Shown here: one piece after another, positions 1 to 9,777 of the stretch
How the letters are laid out: each line of letters begins with the position of its first letter
How positions within the stretch are numbered: the first letter of the stretch is position 1
Source: Polyangiaceae bacterium
GTDB lineage: Bacteria > Myxococcota_A > Polyangia > Polyangiales > Polyangiaceae
Direction of reading: 5' to 3'
Assembly: GCA_050287085.1 (NCBI GenBank)
Contig: JBNKBE010000001.1
Coordinates: forward strand, 386,493 to 450,492
DNA: 64,000 bases
Translations under genes and position numbers: made by a program
The notes under the pieces: model-generated
What the model was told of the DNA's origin: nothing
Databases searched by the model: none
What the model saw: the letters and a program-made list of their open reading frames with translations, nothing else

Positions 1-211
1 ATCGCCCGCGCAAGGCGCGGGCGATCCTGCAACGGATTAACGCGGCGTTGACGCCGAACATGGCTGCCCACGTCACTTGCTCTCTTGGCGCAACACCAAA
101 GTGAACGACGCTGCGTCGTTCTGATTGAAGCGGTATTCAGCCCTCTGCGCAGCGAGCGCGTTAGCCGCGCGAGGGCGCGTTGTTTCTGCTCCTGTGCCGC
201 AAACCTGCCCG

Positions 212-227
212 CGGCACGAATACTGCA
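212..227 (+). promoter_or_regulatory. Candidate sigma54 (-24/-12) promoter for the DUF4398-OmpA-pirin genes
   Basis: CGGCACGAATACTGCA has exact GG-N10-GC spacing and is close to the consensus TGGCACG-N4-TTGCW. It is intergenic, and a GAFTGA-containing activator is encoded 2.4 kb away. Confidence 0.55.
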
Positions 228-358
228 TTCGACGTCCCTTGGGGAGCCATCGGTAACCCATAGACGGAAGCATGTCGCCCGAACAGATGGGCGCCGACGT
301 GCCGCCAAAGAGGCAACACCCTTCCGCCCGATTCGGACGTGATAGAAAGCAAACCCAG

Positions 359-733
359 ATGATACAGCCCAACTTAATACTCATAGGTCTCCTGCCCCTC
401 GCTTGGGCCTGTGGCGGCTCGATCCCGCCGCCAACTCAAAGGCTCGCTGACGCTCAGTCTGCGGAACGCAGCGCGCGAGAACTTGGCGCGGAACAGCAGC
501 CTGAAGCACAGCTCTCGCTCAAGCTCGCGGGCGACCAGATCGAACTCGCCCAGGCGGCCATGGCCAAGGAAGAAAACGCCAAGGCTGACGTCTTGCTCCT
601 GCGTGCCCAGGCAGACGCCGAACTGGCGATCGCGCGCGCGCGGCAGAGCAGCGCCCAGGTGGCGCACCAAGCAGCTGTCAACGACGCAAGAGCACAGTCC
701 TCGATCAATATCGGACAAGGAGCACGCCAATGA
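359..733 (+). CDS. DUF4398-type helical lipoprotein
   Basis: Signal peptide ending LAWAC, then an Ala-rich helical body (LADAQSAERSARELGA...LRAQADAELAIA). ATGA overlap with the next gene. Start moved to ATG 359. Confidence 0.8.
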   Translation: MIQPNLILIGLLPLAWACGGSIPPPTQRLADAQSAERSARELGAEQQPEAQLSLKLAGDQIELAQAAMAKEENAKADVLLLRAQADAELAIARARQSSAQVAHQAAVNDARAQSSINIGQGARQ

Positions 734-1623
734 AACGCTTCTCCCTCGCGGCATCGAGCACCCTCTGCGGCCGTGCGTACGCGCTGCTCAGCACAGTCAC
801 ACTCTGCGCTTGCGCGGCGACCTTGCCGCCCAAGGCTCGGCTCGATGCCCGCGCGGCGTACAGCGAGGCAAACAGTGGTTCCACGCGCACGCTCAATCCA
901 GCTGACGTTCATGAAGCCAAGCTGCAACTCGATGTCGCCGAAGCGGCGTTTGCGAAGGATGCCGAGTCCCAGGACGTCAAAGACCAGTCGTATCTGGCCC
1001 TGCGCAAAAGCGAGCTCGCGGTGGTGATCGCCAATACGCGACGGCTCAGCGCCATGTCGGACGACGTCGTAGCTGCCATGCACGCGGACGAGCGGAAAGC
1101 GCTCGCCGGAACCGCAGCGGAGCTGGAGCAGACCCAAGACGCGTTGGCAGCCAAGGACGTAGCGCTCGACGCCGAGGCGGCGCGGCGCAAGCTAGCAGAA
1201 GAGCGTGCTGCGAACGCAGCGGCTGCCCTGGCCCGAATCGGCAGCGTGAAGAACGAAGCGCGGGGCATGGTGATCACCTTGTCGGGGGAGGTCCTCTTTC
1301 AGTCCGGGAAGTCCGAACTGCTGCCGGCTGCACAAGCCAAGTTGGCCGAAGTCGCCACCGCGTTAACTCAAGAGAATCCTACTTCGAATATCGTCGTCGA
1401 AGGTCATACGGATTCTCAGGGCAGTCCTGATTTCAATCTAGCGCTCTCGCGACGCCGGGCGGAAGCCGTCGCCGCTTACCTGGTCACCAGTGGGGTAGCC
1501 AAGGACCGCATTGCGTCGCAAGGCATCGGAGAGGCGCGCCCCATCGCCGATAATCAATCTCCGGAAGGACGCGCCAACAATCGTCGCGTCGAGCTCATCG
1601 TCACCCCGGCCACCGGCAGCTGA
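730..1623 (+). CDS. OmpA-family lipoprotein with N-terminal DUF4398/coiled coil
   Basis: LCAC lipobox. C-terminal OmpA_C motifs VLFQSGKSEL, VEGHTDSQG, NLALSRRRAEAV, GRANNRRVEL. Confidence 0.9.
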   Translation: MKRFSLAASSTLCGRAYALLSTVTLCACAATLPPKARLDARAAYSEANSGSTRTLNPADVHEAKLQLDVAEAAFAKDAESQDVKDQSYLALRKSELAVVIANTRRLSAMSDDVVAAMHADERKALAGTAAELEQTQDALAAKDVALDAEAARRKLAEERAANAAAALARIGSVKNEARGMVITLSGEVLFQSGKSELLPAAQAKLAEVATALTQENPTSNIVVEGHTDSQGSPDFNLALSRRRAEAVAAYLVTSGVAKDRIASQGIGEARPIADNQSPEGRANNRRVELIVTPATGS

Positions 1624-1711
1624 GAGAGCTCCTGCGCGGCTCACCCACTAACCACAGCACTTGCCGTGTGCATCGGATAGCCCATGCGCGCCGCGTGGCG
1701 AGACCTCAAGA

Positions 1712-2497
1712 ATGATAACCCTTCAGAGAGCAGAACATCGAAAGCGTGACCTAAGGCAGGAGCAGCAGGAGTGGTGGACCTTCTCGCCCATCGGCGAGGG
1801 GGAAGAGCCCGTCGGCGGCTTCGGCCCCCTCATGGCGGTCAGCGAGGGGCGCCTCCCACCGCGCTCTGGGTCCCAGCAGCCTCGCGAGGGTGCGGAGATC
1901 ATCACCTACGTTCACGCGGGCACGCTGCTGTACGAAGACTCCTCTGGGCAGTTGGGGACGTTGCACACCGGCGAGTTTCAAAGGGTAACGGCAGGGTGCG
2001 GCATGCGCTACAGCGAGACCAACGCGTCGGTGTCACACTGGGCCCACGTCGTCCAGATCTGGCTCAAACAAGACGCGGCGGCGCAGGACGCAAGTCACGA
2101 GGAGCGGCGCTTCAGCATGGGGGAACGGCAAGGCGTCCTACGTCTCGTCGCTTCCCCCGACGCGCGGCACAACTCGCTTCGCCTATTGCAGGACACGTGC
2201 TTGTATTCTGCAATACTAGGCCAAGGCCGTCACCTTGCGCACGTTCTTCCACATGGACGCGCGGCTTGGCTTCAAATCGTATCAGGCGAGCTGACGCTGG
2301 GCGACCTTACTCTTTGCACCGGTGACGGCGTGGGCATAACCGGAGAACGGGTTGCATCCATGATTGCGATAACGGCGACCGAGCTGTTGCTGCTCGACGT
2401 ACCTCAGCCTACGTCCAACGGCGTGGAACCCGGTGGCGAGGCTTGGGCAGTGCAAGAGGCCGTTGGACCCGGAACCGAGCCGAAAGAAGATCGCTAA
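1712..2497 (+). CDS. Pirin-family (YhhW/YhaK-like) bicupin protein lacking the His metal ligands
   Basis: Colinear with YhhW: EIITYV..G...EDS.G, GEFQRVTAG.G, QIW, LVASPDAR..SL...QD, AWLQIVSG, GDG, ELLLLD. Confidence 0.85.
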   Translation: MITLQRAEHRKRDLRQEQQEWWTFSPIGEGEEPVGGFGPLMAVSEGRLPPRSGSQQPREGAEIITYVHAGTLLYEDSSGQLGTLHTGEFQRVTAGCGMRYSETNASVSHWAHVVQIWLKQDAAAQDASHEERRFSMGERQGVLRLVASPDARHNSLRLLQDTCLYSAILGQGRHLAHVLPHGRAAWLQIVSGELTLGDLTLCTGDGVGITGERVASMIAITATELLLLDVPQPTSNGVEPGGEAWAVQEAVGPGTEPKEDR

Positions 2498-2643
2498 CAT
2501 CAAGCGACACCGGACGAACGTGCCGCGAAGAGCCGCCTCTGACCGGCCTCGACACCTAGGGTCGGCGCGCTACTGCGGCGTCTTTGAGAACGACGCCGAG
2601 CAGCGCAAGCCCAACGAGCAGCGTGCGGAGCGTTGCCGGTCTG

Positions 2644-4320
2644 CTACAACAGCCCATTGGGCGGCTCTGCGGATGAACTCTGGCGCGCGTGCATGCGATA
2701 GCTCCTGAGCTTGCGGTAGAGCGTCGCCGTTCCGATGCCGAGCTGCTCCGCTGTCCGAGCCTGGTGGCCCTTGTTCGATTCGAGAATGGCAAGGACGTGC
2801 CGGCGCTCAACCTCGTGCAGGGTGACCGCGCTGCCCGACGCCGCATGGGTGGCAATGGGCACCGCCGCGCGAATGGCTTCGGGCAGGTCGTCCACCTCCA
2901 CCCGCGTGCCGCGAGCCATCGCGACAGCATGCTCCATGGCGTTCTCGAGCTCACGCACGTTGCCTGGCCAGTCGTAGCTTAGCAGCTGATTGGCCGCACC
3001 AGAGCTCAACCCGACGAGCGCGCGCTTCATTCGAAGCGCCGTCGTGGCAAGCAGAACGCGGGCGAGAGGCAAGATGTCATCCGCGCGCGAGCGCAGTGGC
3101 GGCACTTTCAGCTCCACCACCCGTAGCCGGTAGTAGAGGTCCGTCCGGAAGTCACGGTTCGCCACACTCTCGGCGAGGTCGCGATTGGTGGACGCGAGAA
3201 TGCGTGCGTCGAAGGGACGATTCTTGTTTTCCCCGACGCGGCGAACCTCGCGCTCCTGAAGTACTCGCAGTAGTTTGACCTGCATGGCCGGCGATATCTC
3301 GCCGATTTCGTCCAAGAGCAGCGTGCCACTGTTGGCCGCTTCAAACAATCCGGGGCGGTCCTGCGTTGCGCCGGTGAACGCGCCGCGGGCGTGTCCGAAG
3401 AGCTCGCTCTCGAGCAGCGTCTCCGTGATGGCGGCGCAGTTGACGGCGATGAATGGTCCGGCGGCGCGCGCTGACTCCTCGTGGACGAGCCGCGCTATGC
3501 GCTCCTTGCCAGCGCCGCTTTCCCCGACGATGAGCACGGCGGAGTCGACCTGCGCTACGCGGCGGGTCACCTCCAATAGCCGCTTCATCACGCTGCTGAC
3601 CGCCACGATGCCTAGCGGCTCTTCCACTTCAGGAGCAATGCGAACGAGGGCGCGTTGGCGCACGAGGAGCTTCTTCTCGGCCGCCTTCAGTGTGCTCGTC
3701 ACACGGTCAAGCGACACTTCGAGCCCTTCTCTGAGGCGCGTTGCGTCGAAGAAGCTCAGTTCCTCTGCATGCTCGTCGCCCCATGCTTCAGCCGTGCGTC
3801 CCAGCAGGTGGCACGCAGCGTCCCCCTTGGCGACGCAGCGATCCTCGAGGACGTATATCTTGGTGCCCATGGTGCGGCTGATGTAGCCGCTGATCAGCCC
3901 GCAAATGGTCCAGCACACGGGTGCGTCAGCGCGCCCCGCGTGCAAGAGATGCTGTTCGGCTTCATACGAGGCAATCAGGGTGGCGCCGGTTTTCGCTAGC
4001 GGATCGGCATGCCCCTCTTCGACGCCGAACAAGCCCTCCAAGGTATGGATGCGCGTGCCCGCAGCGCGCCAAGCCTCGGCGCTTTCCCACTCGAACTCCT
4101 TGCCCATGGCTTCAGCCATACGCCAGCCATGGGCGAACCCGAACTGGGTGAGAATGGTACGGGTCGCGGTCTGACCGAAGTTTTCGACCAGGTACTTCCT
4201 AAGCAATCCCATAGCGACCGCGTCCAGGAGCAGCGCGCGTTGCCCCGCGAAGCGGATGGCTCCTGAGGAAGGCTCCTGCTCGAGCAGTTCCCTCAGATCG
4301 AGGCTGGGTCTTTGTTGCAT
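2644..4320 (-). CDS. Sigma54-dependent Fis-family activator with XylR_N/V4R sensor domain
   Basis: XylR-N/V4R features ([22 protein letters not shown]...[13 protein letters not shown]). Walker [31 protein letters not shown] and a C-terminal HTH ([16 protein letters not shown]). Start taken at MQQRPSL. Confidence 0.93.
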   Translation of the reverse strand: MQQRPSLDLRELLEQEPSSGAIRFAGQRALLLDAVAMGLLRKYLVENFGQTATRTILTQFGFAHGWRMAEAMGKEFEWESAEAWRAAGTRIHTLEGLFGVEEGHADPLAKTGATLIASYEAEQHLLHAGRADAPVCWTICGLISGYISRTMGTKIYVLEDRCVAKGDAACHLLGRTAEAWGDEHAEELSFFDATRLREGLEVSLDRVTSTLKAAEKKLLVRQRALVRIAPEVEEPLGIVAVSSVMKRLLEVTRRVAQVDSAVLIVGESGAGKERIARLVHEESARAAGPFIAVNCAAITETLLESELFGHARGAFTGATQDRPGLFEAANSGTLLLDEIGEISPAMQVKLLRVLQEREVRRVGENKNRPFDARILASTNRDLAESVANRDFRTDLYYRLRVVELKVPPLRSRADDILPLARVLLATTALRMKRALVGLSSGAANQLLSYDWPGNVRELENAMEHAVAMARGTRVEVDDLPEAIRAAVPIATHAASGSAVTLHEVERRHVLAILESNKGHQARTAEQLGIGTATLYRKLRSYRMHARQSSSAEPPNGLL

Positions 4321-5036
4321 AGGCGTGTGGTCACCAAGGACTGACAGACTCGGTCGACGGCACCACCATACGCCCTTCTCTCGCCGACCGCTGACTATTC
4401 CGGCTGAACCATTCTCACGCAGATCTGCAAGGCCGAAGAAGGTGACTCGAGCGTGCACTATCGGCTGCGCCCGCACCCGGCCCGCGGGACGCTTCTCACG
4501 GATTACCCTATAGCGCGCTACGAAGTCTGATTTGCCATCGCGCAGCGCTTGCGGGCGCTACGGCAGCGGTGCCAGGTTGGTTCCGCGTGCCCCGGGGGCG
4601 TTCTGTCGCGGCGACCGCATCGGCCCCCTGCGGCTCGGCCGTCGGAACGAGCGTCGACCTGCGATCGACTCTGACCAACGGTTCAGGGCAGTTGGGAGCC
4701 TCCGGTCACTTCCGAACTGGCGATGCATTCGCGCTTCTGATATCGACCGGGTGCCATCACGATCTGCGGCAGGCCTGATGCCTGGAACGATTTGATGAGT
4801 CACTACTGACTCGCTCGTCGCTGCGTGTCCTCGGATACTCCGCACGAGATGAGCAGCCCTGGAGCGAAGTTCCGGGGGCGCTTGCAGAGAGGACCGGTCC
4901 CACGTCTCATCATCGTCATCCGATTGGCTCCTCTGCATCTGCCTCTGAGCCAGAGAACGAGCCCAACCCCCAATTCAGCCCCGAGGCATCCACCTGGCCC
5001 GCTCAGAGACATTCGTACGAGCCCCATCCCAGCACG

Positions 5037-6830
5037 TTGGACCAGCCTGCGGCCGCCGACGCGGCGGCTGGGAGCCCGCCTCGAGTCGCCAATGAGCCGC
5101 TCGCAGCGGGATTGCATCGAGATGCCGTCGCCAACCGGATCATCGACGTGCTGGTTGACCGCGGCGTGGCCACCTTCTTCGGGATCCCAGGGGGACCGGT
5201 TTGCCCTCTCTTCGAGGCCATTCGTCGCAAAGAGGGCGCCGAGTTGATCGCGGTACGTCACGAGAGCCACGCGGCCTTCGCGGCCAGCAGCTACTACCGA
5301 GCCTCTGGCAGGGTGGCCGCCGTGGTAGTAACGGCGGGGCCAGGGATCACGAATGCTGTCACCGGGATCGCCGCCGCGCACGCCGAGGGCGTGCCGATGC
5401 TGGTGCTCTCTGGCGACGTTGCGTGGGCCACTCACGGGGGACGCCTTCTGCAAAACTCGGGACCGGAAGGTCTCAACGTCGAGCAACTCTACTCTTCGAT
5501 CACCCGGGAGCAAATCCGCGTGACGAATGGCGCCAGCGCTGTGAGCCAGACATTGTGCGCGCTGGACGCAGCGACCGATCCTCACCGCAGCGGGCCGGCG
5601 TTGCTCGTTCTGCCCATCGACAAGGCGATGGAAGTGGCTCGCCAGGTGCCAATCGCGCCGGCATCGCGTCGCTACTCCGCAAGCCCGGCGCCGGGTACCA
5701 TCGATCAGTGCATGACTTGGCTCTCCGAAGCGGAGCGCCCCTTGTTGGTTCTTGGAGGAGCCTGCCTAAGACATGCGGCGTTGGTCCGCCAGCTTGTCGA
5801 TGCGATCGATCTCCCTTTTGTCACCACGCCCCGCGCTAAAGGCGTTGTGGGCGAGGACCATCCCCGCTCCCTGCGCAACGGGGGGTTGGCTGCGAGTCAT
5901 TGGGCGCGACGCTACACAGCACAGGGCGTCGATACCGCACTCGTACTCGGGACCGATCTCGATGACGTGTCCGTCGGCTCGACTCCGTACATCGAGAAGG
6001 GAGGCAAGCTCGTCCACGTGGATATCAATCCACTGGTCTTCAATCGGAATCTACCGACGAGTCTTGGGATCACTGCCGACCTGAAAGCCTTCTGTGAAGC
6101 GCTGCGCCAGGCAGTTCTCGACGGGCGCCCTCGCGACGGTCGTGGCGCGGAGCTCGTCCGCAAAGCGCGTGAGAAGTCTCCCTATGATGTTCCCCACTTC
6201 GCTACGGACATGGGTCCGCAGATCCCCCCTCATCGGGCTGTAGCGGATCTTCAGAGCTCGTTGCCTGAAGCCCGATTCGTCGCGGACATCGGCGAACACA
6301 TGCTCTTCGCACTCCACTACCTTCAGGCAAATGGGCCCGATGAATTCCAGATCCAGTTGGGGCTTGGCAGCATGGGGAGTGGCATCGCCGGAGCGACCGG
6401 ACTTGCCCTCGCCGACAGAAACCGACCTGTGGTGTGCATCTGTGGCGACGGTGGCATGCAGATGTCGGGAATGGAAATCCTGAACAGCGTGAAGATGCGC
6501 TTGCCCATCGTATACGCTGTGTTCAACGACTCGAGGTACAATATGGTTCATCACGGAATGAAGGAGATCTTTGGAAGCGCCGAGGAGTATGACACTCCCG
6601 CCGTCGACTTCGGCATGTGGGCAGCGTCGATGGGGATTCCAAGCCAGGTCATCCGTCGAGGTGGCGAGATCACTCGGCCAGCGCTGAAGCGCCTCTTGGA
6701 ACCTGGCCACCCCGTGCTGCTCGATATTCGCATCGATCGCGATATACGGGTGAAGAGCGGTGGCCGAGTCGAGGCTCTCAAGCACATGTCCATGTTGAAT
6801 CACGAGACTCGCAATGGAGTGGCATCCTGA
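5037..6830 (+). CDS. Thiamine-diphosphate-dependent enzyme (acetolactate synthase-like / acyloin synthase family)
   Basis: FGIPGG, catalytic RHE, TAGPGITN, GSMGSG and the ThDP motif GDGG...VFND. No small regulatory subunit or ilvC nearby. TTG start is uncertain. Confidence 0.9.
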   Translation: MDQPAAADAAAGSPPRVANEPLAAGLHRDAVANRIIDVLVDRGVATFFGIPGGPVCPLFEAIRRKEGAELIAVRHESHAAFAASSYYRASGRVAAVVVTAGPGITNAVTGIAAAHAEGVPMLVLSGDVAWATHGGRLLQNSGPEGLNVEQLYSSITREQIRVTNGASAVSQTLCALDAATDPHRSGPALLVLPIDKAMEVARQVPIAPASRRYSASPAPGTIDQCMTWLSEAERPLLVLGGACLRHAALVRQLVDAIDLPFVTTPRAKGVVGEDHPRSLRNGGLAASHWARRYTAQGVDTALVLGTDLDDVSVGSTPYIEKGGKLVHVDINPLVFNRNLPTSLGITADLKAFCEALRQAVLDGRPRDGRGAELVRKAREKSPYDVPHFATDMGPQIPPHRAVADLQSSLPEARFVADIGEHMLFALHYLQANGPDEFQIQLGLGSMGSGIAGATGLALADRNRPVVCICGDGGMQMSGMEILNSVKMRLPIVYAVFNDSRYNMVHHGMKEIFGSAEEYDTPAVDFGMWAASMGIPSQVIRRGGEITRPALKRLLEPGHPVLLDIRIDRDIRVKSGGRVEALKHMSMLNHETRNGVAS

Positions 6831-7921
6831 TGGCCGCCATTTCTGGCGTTGGCGCGTGGTATCCTGAGCCGGTTCGCGAGAACAGTGCCTGGCCGGAGGA
6901 TTTCGGCGCACGCGGGCGAAGCTCCGGCGATCGGACCTTCAACGACATCCCATACTCGGAAGATCCCGCACTCCGAGTCACGGATGAGTTCCTGCTGGCA
7001 GAGGCGAGCGACCCGTTCCTCGGCGTTCACCAGCGCCGTTTTGCTCCCGTCGAGCTCACCGCCGCGGAGGCCGAGACAGCCGCGGCTCGCCTGGCTCTCG
7101 AGGACGCGGGGCTCCGAGCGGAGGAGCTCAGCGCCGTCATTTCCTATTCTGCGGTTCCCGATCGGATCACGCCCCCTTCAGCCAGCGATGTTGCGAGCAA
7201 GCTGGGGCTTCCGCGCATCTTGTCGTGGGGCATGGATGCTGCGTGTGCCACGGCCATCCTGCAGCTTCAGACCGCGGCGGCGCTCGTTGACTCAGGCCAA
7301 TACGAGCACGTGCTGTTGACGCAATCCCACCTGATGCTGCGCACGTTTCCACTCTTGCACCCAGCGTCTCCCGGGTTGGGGGACGCGAGCACTGCGCTCA
7401 TCGTGAGCCGAACCGGTCGTTTTCGGATCTTGGGGATTCACGCCGTGACCGAGACCTCCTTCTTTCCAGCAGTCACCTGGATCCGAGAAGCCCACGACGA
7501 CAACGACTCTCCCTGGTGGACGACTGGAAGCCCCTTCCGCGTCGGGTCGTTGGACAAGGAGGGGGCCAAGGCGCTCCAACGCGATACCGTCGCCTACGGA
7601 GTCTCCACGCTGCGGGAGTGCGTCGAGCGCGCCAACCTGAAAGTGGAGGATATCGGCCTGCTGGCGTGCGCGCAACCGCGCGGCTGGATCCCCCGGGCAA
7701 TATTGCGCGTGCTCAGTCTCGACGAGGCGAAGGCTGCGAGTGTCTACGAGACTCGTGGACACCTCGGGGCCTGCGGTGCCATTGCGAATCTCGAAAACGC
7801 CTATCGAGCTGGGAGGACGGAGGGACAGACCGTGGTGGCTCTCTATGCGCAAGGGGCCGGATTCACGAGAGCCGCTGCTCTGCTGCGGGACGAGGCGCAA
7901 ACCGCAATCCCACGCGTCTAG
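6830..7921 (+). CDS. 3-oxoacyl-ACP synthase III (FabH/KAS-III)-like thiolase-fold enzyme, non-canonical active site
   Basis: MAAISGVGAWYPE start, GVHQRR, AARLALEDAG, DAAC (catalytic Cys), GDASTALIV, YAQGAGF. TGATG overlap with the ThDP gene. Confidence 0.85.
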   Translation: MAAISGVGAWYPEPVRENSAWPEDFGARGRSSGDRTFNDIPYSEDPALRVTDEFLLAEASDPFLGVHQRRFAPVELTAAEAETAAARLALEDAGLRAEELSAVISYSAVPDRITPPSASDVASKLGLPRILSWGMDAACATAILQLQTAAALVDSGQYEHVLLTQSHLMLRTFPLLHPASPGLGDASTALIVSRTGRFRILGIHAVTETSFFPAVTWIREAHDDNDSPWWTTGSPFRVGSLDKEGAKALQRDTVAYGVSTLRECVERANLKVEDIGLLACAQPRGWIPRAILRVLSLDEAKAASVYETRGHLGACGAIANLENAYRAGRTEGQTVVALYAQGAGFTRAAALLRDEAQTAIPRV

Positions 7922-8029
7922 TCTGGGCCCAACGCAGGCGGCGGGGGCGAGCCGCTTGAAGCTGGCCGAGGAATCCCTGCTGTGCCTGTCAGCGTCGGGG
8001 TAGCGCGCTCACAGCGGGGAGACACCGCA

Positions 8030-8225
8030 CGTCACCTTCGCGGTAGCTCCCGCGTTCTTGAGATGCGTCTCTCCCGCGGTGACTACCTGAGGGGGTCGCA
8101 TCACTGAGGACGAGCGACGGCGCCTTGTCAACCGCAGGTCCTTGGACTCTTTCAAGCCCATACCCGTCAACGCCCGTACGACCTTGATGAGGTTAACCTT
8201 CTTTGAGCCGACGCCCAGTAGCTTC
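8030..8225 (-). pseudogene. Frameshifted remnant of a ribosomal protein L7/L12 C-terminal domain
   Basis: Reads KLLGVGSKKVNLIKVVRALTGMGLKESKDL, then in another frame VDKAPSLVLSDATP, then back in frame QVVTAGETHLKNAGATAKV. No rplJ/rpoB context. Confidence 0.65.
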
Positions 8226-8613
8226 GACTCACGAGTGTTGCTCGCCTCGAGTGAAGCGCTCTCCGCCACGACCCTACCTGCAACCCCCTGTGCGTGCTGA
8301 GCGAAATGCCGAACACACTGCCTCATGCACCGCCCAGGATGCCCATCCACGCTTTACTTCCCCTTGCTGGGCTCCGTCGTGTCGTAATTCCGGAGCCTAG
8401 CACGCCCTAGAAACGCGCAGAACTCACGCCGGAACTTTGAGCCGTTCCCCAACGTCCCCGTCCTGGGGACGCTTCCGTTTCCTCAGTCATTCCCAAGGGG
8501 TGCGAGAGAGGAGCGCAATCGCCGCCAGATCCCGAAAAGGGTGCGCTGACGCCCTATCGAGCACCTGCGCAGCAGCGTTGTTCGTCCAGCCACCTGCTTG
8601 TATAGTCGAGCCC

Positions 8614-9732
8614 ATGACATATTTTTCAGAGCTTCGTTGCTTTGCCGAGAACCGAGTTGGGGAAGCGGGAGGAACCGGGATCCGCAGGGGAATGGGAGCC
8701 CTGCTCGCCGCTCTCATCACCCTAGGTTGTGGCGGAGGACCAGTAACCCAACGCTACGTCGATTCGCCCGCGGGCACGGGCTACGAACTGGGTGCGGCAA
8801 AGAACACCACTTACAGCGCAGAAATCGAACCCGCCAAGGACGTGCTGCGCCTGATCGTGTTTGAACAATCGGAATGCGACAAGATTCGAGTTCGAATTGT
8901 CGCCCGCACCGAGCAAAGCGTGCGCGACGGCGAGGTGATCGCGGAAGAGCCGATGGGGCCGGTGCAAATCGCCGAAGGCAACGAGGGCGTCGTGCCCTGT
9001 GACCAACGCTTCGCGCGCGACGTCCGGGTCAGTCTGCAGGTCGGTAGCGCAACCCATCTGCTCGGTCATACCGACCCTCGTGGGGAACTGGCTGTCAATC
9101 TCTCCGCAGGCCTAGAGCAGAGTCTGTACGGAGAAAACGCCCCCGCAAACGCCGTCCTCATCGTGGAAGGGCAGGCGGCCGGTGAAGTACCCTTGGCGGA
9201 GCTACGCAAGCATGAAGAGCGCATGACCCAGCTGATTGCCGAGTTTCAGTCGTTGCTGGATCGCCCGCAGACGGCACTAAGCCAGGAAGACATCGCGAGG
9301 GCTTATGTGCTCTTCGATCAACTGTCGCAACTATCTCGCAGGGACGCGCGCGTCACAGGACTACAAACGCGTTTTCTGGAGATGGTGTATGGCCGCAAAC
9401 AACAAGAGGCCACCGAAAACATGAAACGCAACCTGGAGGCGCTCAGCAGCGCGAAAGAACTGCTGAGCTCAGCAACCAGCACCCCCATGTTCGTACAGGT
9501 TGGACTAAAAGACGGCACCGTATCGACGGCGCTGCTCACGTGGGCCCAAGGCCAAATCCTCGGAGGGCTGCGCACCTCTCCGGCGATCTGCCAGGGCGGG
9601 ATCACCTGGCCCGCCCTGCTAGGGCAGAGCTGGCCAACGACAACGCAGGTCGCGATTCAATACTTGCGGTACGCCTACGGGGACGGGTACGTCACGTCGA
9701 TTCAGCAGTCCTGCAGCACGCTCGGGCTGTAG
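8614..9732 (+). CDS. Hypothetical lipoprotein
   Basis: Long ORF with signal/lipobox ALLAALITLGCGG, beta-rich N half and helical C half. Start is ATG 8614 (7 nt after TATAGT) or ATG 8692. Confidence 0.75.
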   Translation: MTYFSELRCFAENRVGEAGGTGIRRGMGALLAALITLGCGGGPVTQRYVDSPAGTGYELGAAKNTTYSAEIEPAKDVLRLIVFEQSECDKIRVRIVARTEQSVRDGEVIAEEPMGPVQIAEGNEGVVPCDQRFARDVRVSLQVGSATHLLGHTDPRGELAVNLSAGLEQSLYGENAPANAVLIVEGQAAGEVPLAELRKHEERMTQLIAEFQSLLDRPQTALSQEDIARAYVLFDQLSQLSRRDARVTGLQTRFLEMVYGRKQQEATENMKRNLEALSSAKELLSSATSTPMFVQVGLKDGTVSTALLTWAQGQILGGLRTSPAICQGGITWPALLGQSWPTTTQVAIQYLRYAYGDGYVTSIQQSCSTLGL

Positions 9733-9777
9733 CGGCGCCGGACACGTGCGACGGCGACATCAACACCGGCTGTCAGC

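Noticed and set aside
1..104. 3' end of an upstream CDS (frame 3, ...ARAILQRINAALTP..., stop at 104)
   Set aside because: Too short to assign or support.
5037..6830. Housekeeping acetolactate synthase (ilvB/ilvI)
   Set aside because: No regulatory subunit or ilvC gene, divergent motifs, and coupling to a KAS-III-like gene.
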